This document shows, in pieces, positions 1 to 10,017 of a DNA stretch of 64,000 bases. A program made the translations under genes and the position numbers. Every line of letters begins with the position of its first letter. Positions within the stretch are counted from its first letter, which is position 1. Below the pieces are notes generated by a model. The model had not been told where the DNA came from and did no database searches. It was given only the letters and a program-made list of their open reading frames with translations. The DNA comes from a candidate division CPR3 bacterium GWF2_35_18. GTDB lineage: Bacteria; Patescibacteriota; CPR3; GWF2-35-18. Where the stretch lies: NCBI GenBank assembly GCA_001771135.1, contig MESW01000006.1, forward strand, positions 4,870 to 68,869, in the 5' to 3' direction.

Positions 1-1099
1 AATGGACATGTTCTCCACTAGCAGCTCCTCCTAAACATGTAGCTTTTGCTTCGGAATCTGCTAAATTACCTACCTTCTCATTTCTCTTTATTTTATTATT
101 TGTATAATCCTGAATATTTTGCAAATGATAATAATAAACTTGCCATCCATCTCCATAGTCAATAGTAGCGCCACAACTTACACCTTGTTCATTTGTATGC
201 TTTGTTATTGTTCCAGGAAATGCGGCTACAGCCCATGAATTACTTGTACTTGTACCCCAAGATGGAAAAGTAGAACTTGTTGAAAAATCAATAGAAGATC
301 TATCGCTACCTCCTATACTATAGCTATGAACTCCATTATAATACCAGCTTTCCCCAATAGGATAAGGAAACTGCAACAAGTCTGCTGAAGGTGGCGTAAC
401 AGTATCTAGCATATTTTGTTGACTAAAAGGATCACTTTCTGGAAACAATGATATATATGTGTTATAGAAACTTTTGTTATCTAAATTACTATTGAATATT
501 TCTAATTCTTCTTTACCCATTAAATCACTAAAAGTAGCTAATAATGCATATGTTCCTGCATTAATATTTTTAGAAAGTAAAATCGTATTCCCATCATTAA
601 GGTTTAGTTTAAGATCCTCACGTTTTTCTAAGGAAGTTTTATAATATTTATTTAAAATATAATAGAAAAATCCATTAAGCTTAGTAGTAACTAGATCTAA
701 TTCTTTCTCAAAACCACTATTGTCAATTCTTAATGGATCTTTCAATCTTTCTTCTATATCAGTAGTACTCGAGATAATACTATTTCTTAGTTCTAGTAAA
801 GTAAGAATTACACGAGGGTTAATACTTGGAGAAAGTGAATAATAATATAAATTGTTGTAGTAAGGTAAAAGATGAGGGGCTTTTTCTTTTAAATATTTAT
901 ATAAATCAAAATCATTTACATTAGGACCATAAACAAATTGCCCATCTGATAACATAGTTTTCTCATTTATTGTTTCAACCTTAACATCTGTGGCTTTTAC
1001 GGAAGAAAATGATAATGAGTTAAATGGGGTAATTGTTATTTCACCTAATAAAAGACAAATAAAGATAGTTTTTCCTATTCTATATAATAATTTTTTCAT
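1..1099 (-). CDS. LasA/beta-lytic-protease-type M23A metalloendopeptidase precursor (runs off the left edge; absent from ORF track)
   Basis: Hand translation from ATG 1099 (RBS AAGGAGG): signal-like N-terminus, pro-region SINPRVILTLLE, mature region PPSADLLQFPYPIGESW..GVHS..SSIDF..WQVYYYHL..ATCLGGAASGEHVH. This matches the LasA layout (SINPKVLLTL, PPSNLMQLPW, YYHM, GGSSTGPHLH). Confidence 0.85.
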   Translation of the reverse strand, partial: MKKLLYRIGKTIFICLLLGEITITPFNSLSFSSVKATDVKVETINEKTMLSDGQFVYGPNVNDFDLYKYLKEKAPHLLPYYNNLYYYSLSPSINPRVILTLLELRNSIISSTTDIEERLKDPLRIDNSGFEKELDLVTTKLNGFFYYILNKYYKTSLEKREDLKLNLNDGNTILLSKNINAGTYALLATFSDLMGKEELEIFNSNLDNKSFYNTYISLFPESDPFSQQNMLDTVTPPSADLLQFPYPIGESWYYNGVHSYSIGGSDRSSIDFSTSSTFPSWGTSTSNSWAVAAFPGTITKHTNEQGVSCGATIDYGDGWQVYYYHLQNIQDYTNNKIKRNEKVGNLADSEAKATCLGGAASGEHVH

Positions 1100-1108
1100 C
1101 TTCCTCCT

Positions 1109-2407
1109 TTATTTCTGCTCAAGTAAGTCTAATCTGTTTTTCAAATCTTCGTTTTCTTTTTTCAAGTCAATAGTGTAGAGAGTCAGTTCTTCAATCTTCT
1201 GTAGTAACTTAGCATCCATACCTCCTAAACTGATTCCGTTTTCTTCGACTTCTTGCGCTGAAGGTATATCAGGAAGGTGTTTATTCTCATCAATATATTG
1301 CTCAACTTCAGTAAGTGATTTTAACTGATAATTACTATCGAAGACAAAATCTGACCAACCTGTATCGACCACTATTTCTTTTGCACGGATTTTGCCATTA
1401 ACTAGTAAATTATAATTAACATTATCCGTAGTAGTATTAATACCTACTCTCCCTGCAAAGGTATGAAAACCAGCATCAGTAGCATGAATCCATTGGGCTT
1501 TAAAATCACCATTAACTTGAAGCTTAGAAGTTGGATTAGTTGTTCCTATCCCAACATTTCCATCTTCAGGATCAGGATTGATTGCCAAATCTGACCAAGT
1601 AGATAAGGTATCATCATGACCTCCAATTGTAGCTATCCCACCACCTTCACCTAGAACTACGGCATTTATTGGTCCAGAAAAAACACCTCTTCCTTTCCAC
1701 CCATCAACTGCTGTTGTGGAATAAACATGCAGTTTACCTTCAGGAGCGGTTAATCCAACTCCCACATTTCCGGTATTTTGATTGATTATCGTGTTTGCGG
1801 AAGTACTTAAAGCTTGAATGTATAAAGGGGAAGAGGCCTCGCCATTTCGAGCGGAAAGTTCATTAGCATCCAAGACAATGTTGTAGCTAGTATGATCTCC
1901 GAGAATCAGATATCCTCCTCCGGTTAGACCAGCCGAAGATCCACTAAAGACATGTAGCGTTGCATCAGGGTCGTTGATTCCGAGACCAACATCACCATTA
2001 CTCTTAAATGCGATATTATCTGTTCCTCTATAATTAAACTTCAGCGTTGGATTATTTGCCGATTCTTTAATGTTCCAGTCGGGTGTTGCAATTGATCCGG
2101 TACCCACTATCTGAATACCTGTTTCTTTGGTACCAGAGTTTGTTGTTTTTATTTGAAGGTAAGCATGATCTGCTGCTCCAACTATAAGAAGCTGACCTTG
2201 ATTATCGGCTGTCTTTCTTACCCCATTTATTTGTAATACTCCTGTTGGACTAGTTGTTCCAATTCCCACATTCTGTGTTGAATAGTTTACATCCCAAGTA
2301 TTGCTACCACTCCCAGTCCACCAAGTATCAGCAAATACGGTATTAAGTGGAAAAAGTAATGAAAGAAAGGGTATAAAAAACGATAAGATAACAGCTTTTT
2401 TCTTCAT
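1109..2407 (-). CDS. Secreted fibre-like protein with NVGIGTTxP repeats and C-terminal intramolecular-chaperone (peptidase S74-like) coiled-coil domain
   Basis: Signal peptide; about 5 copies of (N/D/R)VG(I/L/V)Gx; C-terminus WSDFVF..L..VE.YI..NKHLPDIPSA.EV...G..LG.M...LLQKIEELTLY; RBS AAGGAGG at 2414-2420. Confidence 0.75.
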   Translation of the reverse strand: MKKKAVILSFFIPFLSLLFPLNTVFADTWWTGSGSNTWDVNYSTQNVGIGTTSPTGVLQINGVRKTADNQGQLLIVGAADHAYLQIKTTNSGTKETGIQIVGTGSIATPDWNIKESANNPTLKFNYRGTDNIAFKSNGDVGLGINDPDATLHVFSGSSAGLTGGGYLILGDHTSYNIVLDANELSARNGEASSPLYIQALSTSANTIINQNTGNVGVGLTAPEGKLHVYSTTAVDGWKGRGVFSGPINAVVLGEGGGIATIGGHDDTLSTWSDLAINPDPEDGNVGIGTTNPTSKLQVNGDFKAQWIHATDAGFHTFAGRVGINTTTDNVNYNLLVNGKIRAKEIVVDTGWSDFVFDSNYQLKSLTEVEQYIDENKHLPDIPSAQEVEENGISLGGMDAKLLQKIEELTLYTIDLKKENEDLKNRLDLLEQK

Positions 2408-2434
2408 AGAAATCCTCCTTAAACTTATAAAACT

Positions 2435-2463
2435 AAAAAAGCCAATCCTCCCAATGGATTGGC
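2435..2463 (-). terminator. Intrinsic terminator-like hairpin in the leader of the fibre/LasA operon
   Basis: GCCAATCC-7nt-GGATTGGC followed by T6 on the minus strand, about 28 nt upstream of ATG 2407. Confidence 0.7.
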
Positions 2464-2660
2464 GTATACTTACTGACTATTTTCAGAATATTACTATTTC
2501 TCATAGTAATTTACTATTTAATTATTAGTCATCATATATCACAATAAAATATGATTGTCTATGTATTGCAATACAAATTTAGAGAAAATAATAGAAATGA
2601 AGTGTGAATAAAGGCTCTATAAAGGCAAAAACTCCGCGTGATAGAGGATGTTAGAACCTG

Positions 2661-3500
2661 CTACTCTCTTATCAACTGAATAGAGTCTAATAAGTTAAAT
2701 AGCTCTTGATTCTCTAGGTCAGTAAGTTTTCTGTTCTCTATACCACTATATTTTACTGATATCCAAACTCTTCCTTCATTCTCATCATAATTTTTCCTAA
2801 TTGTTCCGAATATTTCTTCATCCTTACCATTATAGCTAAAAAGATTCATTGTTATTAAATCGTTCGAATAGTAGTTCTCAACATGACATAAATTATCTTG
2901 TCCAGTATCACCACAATACGGACCCCTTCCAGCATTACTTATATCTATCGTAAAAATATTAGAAGTCAAAGTCATCCACCCAAATACATCTTCTTTGTTT
3001 TTAATTTTCCATCCAAAAAATAATGGCACTTTTATTCCTAACAGATAATTCTGTTGGAAATAAAAAAAAGATAAGTTTTTAACAAACTCATCACACACTG
3101 TTATACTATCATTTGAGTTATCTAAGCAATATATTGCAAAATTTATACCATTAATATTAATTTCCTCATTCCCACAAGAAATATTTTTAAGAGTTGAATT
3201 GCAATCATCTCCAATTCTAAAATCATCAGTATAGTAGTAGAAATCTCTTCCTATATAGTCTTCAAGATTATCGTGAAAATGTAACTTACTCAGATTCTCT
3301 TTTACTCTGAAAATATTGGGTTTTAATGTAAATGAAGTTATTTTTTGGTATTCAGGAATAATATAGTTATTTAATCCACCACTTTCTCCTAATCCCGCAG
3401 AAACTATAATAACATTATTTCCATCATCTAGTTCTACCTGACTATTATTTAATTTAGTTATTGAAAAATTATTTGATGCTTTACTTTCGAAATGAAGAAT
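2661..3500 (-). pseudogene. 5'-truncated hypothetical gene (ORF track shows only 2661..3098)
   Basis: The frame stays open from GTG 3098 up to about 3540 (..FESKASNNFSITKLNNSQVELDDG..) with no ATG/RBS, and abuts the recombinase remnant. Confidence 0.55.
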
Positions 3501-3830
3501 ATTGGGAGTATTACAACTGATGAATATGACAAAATGTTAGATAATTTCAAGAATGAACAGGCAGATATACTAAGTAAAATAGACGATTATGATAACTATG
3601 ACAGGAAGTATTATATGACCGCTTCTCGGCTTCTGGAACTGCTTTCTAAGGCTAAACTGATATTTGAGAGTTCTGAAGTCATGGAAAAACGGCAATTATT
3701 GAACTACCTACTTCAGAACTTATCACTCGAAGGGGAAAAACTGCACTACGATTTGAAAAAACCGTATAGTATGATCGCTTCTTACATCAAACGTCAAGAC
3801 TGGCTCCGCGGACAGGACTCGAACCTGTAA
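3492..3830 (+). pseudogene. C-terminal remnant of a large serine recombinase (island integrase)
   Basis: G.IT.DEY coiled-coil, EKRQLLNYLLQNL.L.G.KL...LKKPY, ending WLRGQDSNL read across the tRNA 3' end. The catalytic N-terminus is absent. Confidence 0.75.
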
Positions 3831-3875
3831 CCTTATCCTTAACAGGGATCTGCTCTACCATTGAGCTACCGCGGA
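3801..3875 (-). tRNA. tRNA-Asn(GTT)
   Basis: TCCGCGGTAGCTCAATGGTAGAGC..anticodon loop CT-GTT-AA..GGTTCGAGTCC..GCGGAGCCA with encoded CCA. Confidence 0.95.
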
Positions 3876-4001
3876 ACGATAAGACAATAAAAAGACAAAG
3901 AGAATATACCAGTTTTACCTAAAGATTTCAACAATAGACTAGCTTTAAACATAAAAATCTCTTAAAATATAATTAAGATTAATTCTTTCAAAGGGCCGTC
4001 T

Positions 4002-4715
4002 ATGAAAAATCTTTTTAAATCCACAATCTCTTTATTCTGGTTATCAATTACCTTAATGGCAACAACCATTCTCTGGTCAATAATTGAAAACAAACTAATA
4101 AATGGAGTCATTGACTTCATTTTAATTCTTGTCATGATGGTGATTAATTGGAAGGCAAACTTTAAACTCATGCTAAAATGGCTAATGTTTGCTCTTTTCT
4201 TTGGAGTCACAATCACCATTGCTTTTTTTATTCCCAGAATCGAGATTGGAAGTAATAAGGCCAACAACTCTGAAAATAACTCTCAAACTGAAACGAATAT
4301 CGAACCAACAGGTACAGGAGAGATCGTGGTTGAAGGAGAAACCGGAGTGCTTACAAATGGCAGCACTTGGTCATATATAGGTGAATCTGCCCGTGGCGGA
4401 GAAGCTTATCTTGGAGATGACAAAGCTACAGCAACATACGAAGTCACCGCCAAAAACGCTGGAAAATATAATCTTTATGTAAAATTAAGTGATGATGCAA
4501 TGCATATGGATGGCGCTAGAAGTGTAACTATCACAGTAAATACAACTCAAACGTTAAAATATACCCACGTTTCTGAAGATACTCAAGGTTGGAAATGGTA
4601 TAAAATTGGCACCGCTACTTTAAAAGCAGGAAAAAATACGATTGCATTTGTGAAAGATGAAAGTACTGGCGCGGCTTATGTAATGGACACTTTTAAACTA
4701 ATTCCAGAGAATTAA
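4002..4715 (+). CDS. Membrane-anchored protein with CBM6/CBM35-like carbohydrate-binding beta-sandwich
   Basis: Three N-terminal TM helices, N/S/T linker, then EGE...ATYEVTA..AGKYNLYVK..W.W......TLKAGKNTI.F.......MD.F.L. Confidence 0.6.
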   Translation: MKNLFKSTISLFWLSITLMATTILWSIIENKLINGVIDFILILVMMVINWKANFKLMLKWLMFALFFGVTITIAFFIPRIEIGSNKANNSENNSQTETNIEPTGTGEIVVEGETGVLTNGSTWSYIGESARGGEAYLGDDKATATYEVTAKNAGKYNLYVKLSDDAMHMDGARSVTITVNTTQTLKYTHVSEDTQGWKWYKIGTATLKAGKNTIAFVKDESTGAAYVMDTFKLIPEN

Positions 4716-4724
4716 TAATTTAGT

Positions 4725-5642
4725 ATGGACATACCCACAAAGCAATATATTAGGCAGATACAATCAATATTCAAAGAAGTAATCAAGCATTATAAATCAA
4801 ACGTAAGAACTAATAAAGAAATTAATCCCGAAGAGATCAAAAAACTTGAGCAATTAACTGATTATAATTTTCCTCCAGATTTAAAATGTTTTCTAGAATG
4901 GTCAGGAGTTATGCCTATCTGGAAGGCTCCCTTTATGCCATTTATTAATAGTGGAAAAGATTTCTATCTATGGAGTAATCAGCTTAGTATTGTTAAAGTA
5001 AAATTAACATCTCCCCATTACCATAAAAAAATGGAGTTAATGTTTGGAGACTTTTTTGATCAAAATAATGAAAAGTATGCTTTTCACCTTTGTTTTGACT
5101 ATAACGGAGAAGTCACAGGGAAAAAGTATGCAATTTTTATTGAATATGGAAAAGAAAAAATTAAACATAAATGGGTAATTGAAGATAAAAGTGACATTTT
5201 CATTTTAGCCGAAAACATTAATCAATTCTTAATTAAATATTTAACTTATTTAAAATCCCTCCCTATTCCAAACCCTAAATATCCCAAGATCGACAAGCTA
5301 CTCAACAATCATAAGAAACTCTACGACTATGTGGCAAAATACAACTGGGATGATGGAATCGAGGAGATGGAATATATTGTAAAAAATAACAATTGTGATA
5401 AAGCAACGGCACTTCTTATCTATTGGCTATGTATTCCCTACTATTTCGATGATAGGACTGGAAAAGAATTAAAACTGCTTCCATACATTATTGAAGAAAA
5501 CTTCACTAATAATTATTATCAAAATTCTGAGAATAAATTTGATCCTGAGAATAATCAACTTGAAAACTTTATCAAATCTTATAAACAAAGCAAAGATTGC
5601 GTAAGGACGCTCCCAAACCACATGGTAAAAATGAAAGTTTAA
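4725..5642 (+). CDS. SMI1/KNR4 (SUKH)-like plus DUF4274 fusion, putative immunity protein
   Basis: EEIKKLEQ.....FPPDLKCFL..S and ILAENINQFL (SUKH-like); YNWDDG.....IV....CDKATALLIYW (DUF4274). Confidence 0.65.
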   Translation: MDIPTKQYIRQIQSIFKEVIKHYKSNVRTNKEINPEEIKKLEQLTDYNFPPDLKCFLEWSGVMPIWKAPFMPFINSGKDFYLWSNQLSIVKVKLTSPHYHKKMELMFGDFFDQNNEKYAFHLCFDYNGEVTGKKYAIFIEYGKEKIKHKWVIEDKSDIFILAENINQFLIKYLTYLKSLPIPNPKYPKIDKLLNNHKKLYDYVAKYNWDDGIEEMEYIVKNNNCDKATALLIYWLCIPYYFDDRTGKELKLLPYIIEENFTNNYYQNSENKFDPENNQLENFIKSYKQSKDCVRTLPNHMVKMKV

Positions 5643-5655
5643 TTGAGTTTAACAC

Positions 5656-6507
5656 TCAAATATCGATATGTAGGAATTTACGGATTAAAAATCCTAGTCC
5701 GAAGCTTAGAGTTGCAACTCCTAGGCTAATTGAAACCATTTGTAAAAATCTCTTTTTAAAATCATAATCTTTGGCAACAGAAATATAAAAAGTAAAAAGA
5801 AAGATTATCGTAACCGCATTAAACAGCGAAACTCCCAAACAGACGAAAATATTTGTAAAAAGGAAAAACGGAAAGATTAAGTAAATAACTGTAAAAATGT
5901 AAGCAATTCCGGTATAGGTCGCGGATTTCTTCGCATCAATTTCTCCTTCTCCAGAAACGTTAGATAGATACTCTGAAGCCGCCATAGAAAGAGATGCCGC
6001 TAATCCTGTAATAAGCCCTGCCATCGCTACCAAGTTTCGATTTTGCAGAGCTAAAGTAAAACCGGCTAAAGCCCCAGTAAGCTCCACTAAAGCATCATTA
6101 AGACCTAACACTACCGAACCGATATACAAAAGCTTTTCCTCATCAATCATGTTTATTAGTTTTTTCTCATGTTCATCTTCATCTTCCAGAATTTTCTTGG
6201 CTTCCGGATATTTGGTAATTAGTTTGGCATAGACTTTTTGCGCTTGTCCCTCACCTTTCTCCATTAGTTTTGAACCAAAAGTCAAACCAAAAACCCGAAT
6301 AATAAAATAATAAAGGTTAAAACGGAATTTATTGATAGGAACGTCTTTTCCAGTTTGTTTTTTCCAAAACTGGTAATGTGAAAACTCTTCAGCTGCAATC
6401 TGTTCAAATACTTTTTGATTAGATCCTTTGGAAATCTGAGCTAATCTTTTATAAACTTCACCTTCGGTGATTTCGTTTTGTTGTAAACGTAAAATTAATT
6501 TATCCAT
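5656..6507 (-). CDS. VIT1/CCC1 iron/manganese transporter with N-terminal rubrerythrin/ferritin-like domain
   Basis: ExxH motifs (EEFSH, EDEH), then VLGLNDALVELTGALAG and SLSMAASEYLS. Confidence 0.9.
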   Translation of the reverse strand: MDKLILRLQQNEITEGEVYKRLAQISKGSNQKVFEQIAAEEFSHYQFWKKQTGKDVPINKFRFNLYYFIIRVFGLTFGSKLMEKGEGQAQKVYAKLITKYPEAKKILEDEDEHEKKLINMIDEEKLLYIGSVVLGLNDALVELTGALAGFTLALQNRNLVAMAGLITGLAASLSMAASEYLSNVSGEGEIDAKKSATYTGIAYIFTVIYLIFPFFLFTNIFVCLGVSLFNAVTIIFLFTFYISVAKDYDFKKRFLQMVSISLGVATLSFGLGFLIRKFLHIDI

Positions 6508-6516
6508 AACGACTCT

Positions 6517-7590
6517 TTATGAAAGATAATCGCGTAGTTTTTTGTTTTTGGAAGGGTGTTTCAGCTTTTTTAAGGCTTTAGCTTCTATCTGTCTAATACG
6601 TTCACGGGTAACCCCAAACTCTTTTCCCACTTCTTCCAGCGTCCGCTGTCGGTCATCTTCAAGACCAAAACGAAGCTCAAGAACCTTTCGCTCGCGTGGG
6701 GTTAATGAGTCTAAAATATCGCGAACATGACCTTTAAGAAGCTCTTGGCTTGCTGTTTCATCAGGAGCCATAATTAAATCATCGGCAATAAATTCTCCAA
6801 GACGTGAATCTTCCTCTTCACCCACTGAAGCTTCAAGAGAGGTTGGTTCCTGAGAAACTTTGATAATCTCACGGGCTTTAGCCACATCAATTCCTATTTC
6901 TTTGGCCACTTCCGCGGGTTTTGGCTCACGGCCTAAAGTTTGAGAAAGTCGGCGGGAAGCACGAATAAAGCGGTTAATGACCTCAACCATATGGACTGGA
7001 ATACGAATAGTACGCGCCTGATCCGCTATAGCACGAGTGATCGCCTGGCGAATCCACCAAGTCGCATAGGTCGAGAATTTGAAACCTCTTTTCCATTCAA
7101 ACTTCTCTACCGCCTTCATCAACCCCATGTTTCCTTCTTGAATAAGATCGAGTAAAGAAAGTCCTCGACCTACGTATTTCTTGGCGATCGAAACGACCAA
7201 ACGAAGGTTCGCGGCAATGAGTTTAGCTTTGGCCTTTCCATCACCTTTTTCAATTCGTTTGGCAAGTGAAACTTCTTCTTCAAAGGTAAGAAGTTTGATC
7301 TTACCAATCTCACTTAAATACATGCGAACTGGATCAGTCGACTTTTTATCTTTTGTCGCCTGCATCAACCTTTTCAACATATCCTCATCAGATTCCTGTT
7401 TTTCTTCCGGCATTTCAAAAACATCAATACCTTCGTTTAAAAGGGTAGCGTAAAGATCATCGAGCTCATCAAGATTTTCTTCAACCTCAGGATAGAATTC
7501 CAAGATATCATCTTGAGTAATAAATCCTTGTTCTCGACCTCTTTTGATGATTTTTTTTGTAGCGATACTTTTGGCGTTAGAATCTTTCAT
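6517..7590 (-). CDS. rpoD: RNA polymerase primary sigma factor (sigma-70)
   Basis: [70 protein letters not shown]. Confidence 0.98.
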   Translation of the reverse strand: MKDSNAKSIATKKIIKRGREQGFITQDDILEFYPEVEENLDELDDLYATLLNEGIDVFEMPEEKQESDEDMLKRLMQATKDKKSTDPVRMYLSEIGKIKLLTFEEEVSLAKRIEKGDGKAKAKLIAANLRLVVSIAKKYVGRGLSLLDLIQEGNMGLMKAVEKFEWKRGFKFSTYATWWIRQAITRAIADQARTIRIPVHMVEVINRFIRASRRLSQTLGREPKPAEVAKEIGIDVAKAREIIKVSQEPTSLEASVGEEEDSRLGEFIADDLIMAPDETASQELLKGHVRDILDSLTPRERKVLELRFGLEDDRQRTLEEVGKEFGVTRERIRQIEAKALKKLKHPSKNKKLRDYLS

Positions 7591-7607
7591 AATGGATTAT
7601 TTAAATA

Positions 7608-9407
7608 TTATATAATGAAGTGGCGAGGATCACGACTTTGATCAAGTTCATGTAACTTTTGGGAAATATCCCGAAACTCCTCACTCATTTTTTTTAATTG
7701 TGATTCCAGACCTCCTTCTTCCGCTTTGACAATCTCCTCCTGTAAGCTCTTTTGCTTTCTTCTTAGGAATAACTCTTTTATCTTTTTAATACAATCTTCT
7801 TCCTCACGTTCTTTCTCAATCTCAGTCAGATAACTTAGATCAAGCAGGAAAAATTCATCGGCAAATTTTACTTCTTCGGGCTCTAGTGTAGCATAAAATT
7901 CAGAAATTAAGAACTGCTTATTATTTTTTAAGTAATCCACTAACTTAGTCCACAATAAAATGACTTTTTCCCCTTCTAGATACTTAATGTCTATACTCTT
8001 TACGTCAACCAAAGTCAAATCTTCCTTTTGAAGATTTAAGGTCAGTAAATACTCTGATAATCTTTCGAGCAAATCTTTCTCTGATGATTTGCTCAAAACC
8101 TGCATTGAGAATTTTGGCGTTATTATCCTGTTTTGGTATTTATCCGCTTCTTTAAAAATAGTCTCCTCTTCAATTTCTAGAGTTGTCGCTAGCTTTTGCA
8201 GGTAATGAGCTCTAATAATCGGATTAATAATTTTGGCAAAAAGAGGCAATAGCTCTTGGGCGATCTTTTTTTTGGCAAAAGGATCAGCTGCAGAATATCT
8301 ATTTAAAGCTGATTTTAAATAGAAATCGTAAATGGAAATGGCTTTTGAAACTGCATTATTCAAGGCATCTTTATTAATTTGTAAAGCTTCATCGAGATCT
8401 TTTCCTTTTTCAAATTCCAACACTTTGATATTTAAACCTTCGTTTTCTAGTATTTCTATACCGCGACGGGAAGCTTTGTCTCCGGCAATATCAATATCAA
8501 AAGAGAGTAACACATTTTCAACATAGCGTTTAATGAGACGCGCCTGATCAGGTGTTAAAGCTGTTCCCAAAGGCGCTACAATATTGGGAAATCCGGCTTG
8601 ATGACTGGAAATTATATCGATATTTCCTTCGGTTAAGATGATTTCGTTTTTTTGCCGGAGAGATTCTTTGGCTTGAAAAAGACCAAAGAGTAGTCTCCCT
8701 TTGTTATAAATCGGCGTTTCTGGAGTGTTTAGATATTTGGGTGCGTCTTTAATTTTGGAATTTAAAATTCGGCCGGAAAATCCCACCATATTACCCTGCA
8801 GATCAAAAATCGGGAACATTAATCTCTGCCGAAAACGATCATAATAACCACGACCACTGGTTTTCTGGACGATTAAACCGCATTTTTCAATTTGTGGTAA
8901 TGTATAACCTTTTTTCTGCAAAAAGCGGCCCAAAAGGTCCCAAGAATCAGCTGCATAACCAAGGTTAAATTCTTTTACTGAAGTTTCTTTGATATTCCGC
9001 TCTTTCAAATAATCTCGTGCTTTCTGTCCAATTTTATCCTTCGCAAGAAGGTAGTGGAAAAATTCGGCAGCGAGGAAGTTAATTTTATAGTAAAGATCTT
9101 TATCAGAAGTGGCTTGCTTTTTATATTCTTGTTTAAGCTTCACGCCCGCTTTTTCAGCTAAGAATTTTAGAGCTTCTCCAAATTCTAAATGCTCATATTT
9201 CATGATAAAACCAAAGATGTCGCCGCCTTCACCACAGCCAAAACATTTGAATATCTGACGTTCCGGAGAAACCATAAAAGAGGGTGTTTCTTCAGAATGG
9301 AAAGGACAACGCGCTTTGAAATTTCGGCCCGCTTTTTTGAGGGTAATTCGTTCCCCTATTATTGTGACAATATCCAGTTTGCTTTTTATTTCTTCAAGCT
9401 GATCCAT
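7608..9407 (-). CDS. dnaG: DNA primase
   Basis: Zn finger CPFH..CFGC, DRFR.RLMFPI, KYLNTPET, TOPRIM EGNID; upstream of rpoD. Confidence 0.97.
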   Translation of the reverse strand: MDQLEEIKSKLDIVTIIGERITLKKAGRNFKARCPFHSEETPSFMVSPERQIFKCFGCGEGGDIFGFIMKYEHLEFGEALKFLAEKAGVKLKQEYKKQATSDKDLYYKINFLAAEFFHYLLAKDKIGQKARDYLKERNIKETSVKEFNLGYAADSWDLLGRFLQKKGYTLPQIEKCGLIVQKTSGRGYYDRFRQRLMFPIFDLQGNMVGFSGRILNSKIKDAPKYLNTPETPIYNKGRLLFGLFQAKESLRQKNEIILTEGNIDIISSHQAGFPNIVAPLGTALTPDQARLIKRYVENVLLSFDIDIAGDKASRRGIEILENEGLNIKVLEFEKGKDLDEALQINKDALNNAVSKAISIYDFYLKSALNRYSAADPFAKKKIAQELLPLFAKIINPIIRAHYLQKLATTLEIEEETIFKEADKYQNRIITPKFSMQVLSKSSEKDLLERLSEYLLTLNLQKEDLTLVDVKSIDIKYLEGEKVILLWTKLVDYLKNNKQFLISEFYATLEPEEVKFADEFFLLDLSYLTEIEKEREEEDCIKKIKELFLRRKQKSLQEEIVKAEEGGLESQLKKMSEEFRDISQKLHELDQSRDPRHFII

Positions 9408-9480
9408 GGTTAATTCGGTAAACTACTAATTTACCTGTAGTATATCATTTTGGAAAATAATCCGTGAAAAAATATACAGA

Positions 9481-9987
9481 TTATAATTTATAGGATTTTT
9501 TGATGATCTCAACACTATTTATCGTATTGTAATACCTTATATCTTCAACTTTTTCGAGATCAATCCACTCTGCGAGAGAAAGAACCCCAATTTCGTTTTC
9601 GACAAAGTTTTTGGTGGTTAATTTTCCACCCGTAACTTCGGCAGTATAATAAAAAAGAATAGAATGCACGAATTTCTCAGAATCCGGAAGTTTGAAAAAA
9701 GAGGTGTGACAAGAGATAAATTTACCGACTTTAACATTGTATCCTGTCTCTTCAAAAACCTCGCGAATTAAGGCTGCTTCGATTGTTTCTCCAAGCTCAA
9801 TAGCGCCGCCGGGAAAGTCATAACCATCCCACTGCTTTGAGAGTAAAACTTGCCCGTTTTTGATAATTACGGCATAAACTGAAGGCCGGAATGTTAACTT
9901 ATTTACCTCAATTTCATATTTCTTCCCTTGTAGATCAACACAGATCACTTTATTATTCATGAATTTATCCTCCCGATAAATAAACAA
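9481..9987 (-). CDS. NUDIX hydrolase
   Basis: Nudix box GGAIELGETIEAALIREVFEETG. Confidence 0.9.
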   Translation of the reverse strand: MFIYREDKFMNNKVICVDLQGKKYEIEVNKLTFRPSVYAVIIKNGQVLLSKQWDGYDFPGGAIELGETIEAALIREVFEETGYNVKVGKFISCHTSFFKLPDSEKFVHSILFYYTAEVTGGKLTTKNFVENEIGVLSLAEWIDLEKVEDIRYYNTINSVEIIKKSYKL

Positions 9988-10017
9988 CCACCTTATTATC
10001 TATTCTTAATATCAAAG

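Larger units (their letters stand above)
1..3875. mobile_element. Right end of a degraded genomic island integrated at tRNA-Asn
   Basis: Recombinase remnant overlapping the tRNA 3' end; very AT-rich accessory cargo; left boundary lies outside the window. Confidence 0.6.

Noticed and set aside
1109-2407. Prophage tail gene
   Set aside because: It has a signal peptide and no terminase, capsid or other phage genes nearby; better read as a cellular fibre or adhesin.
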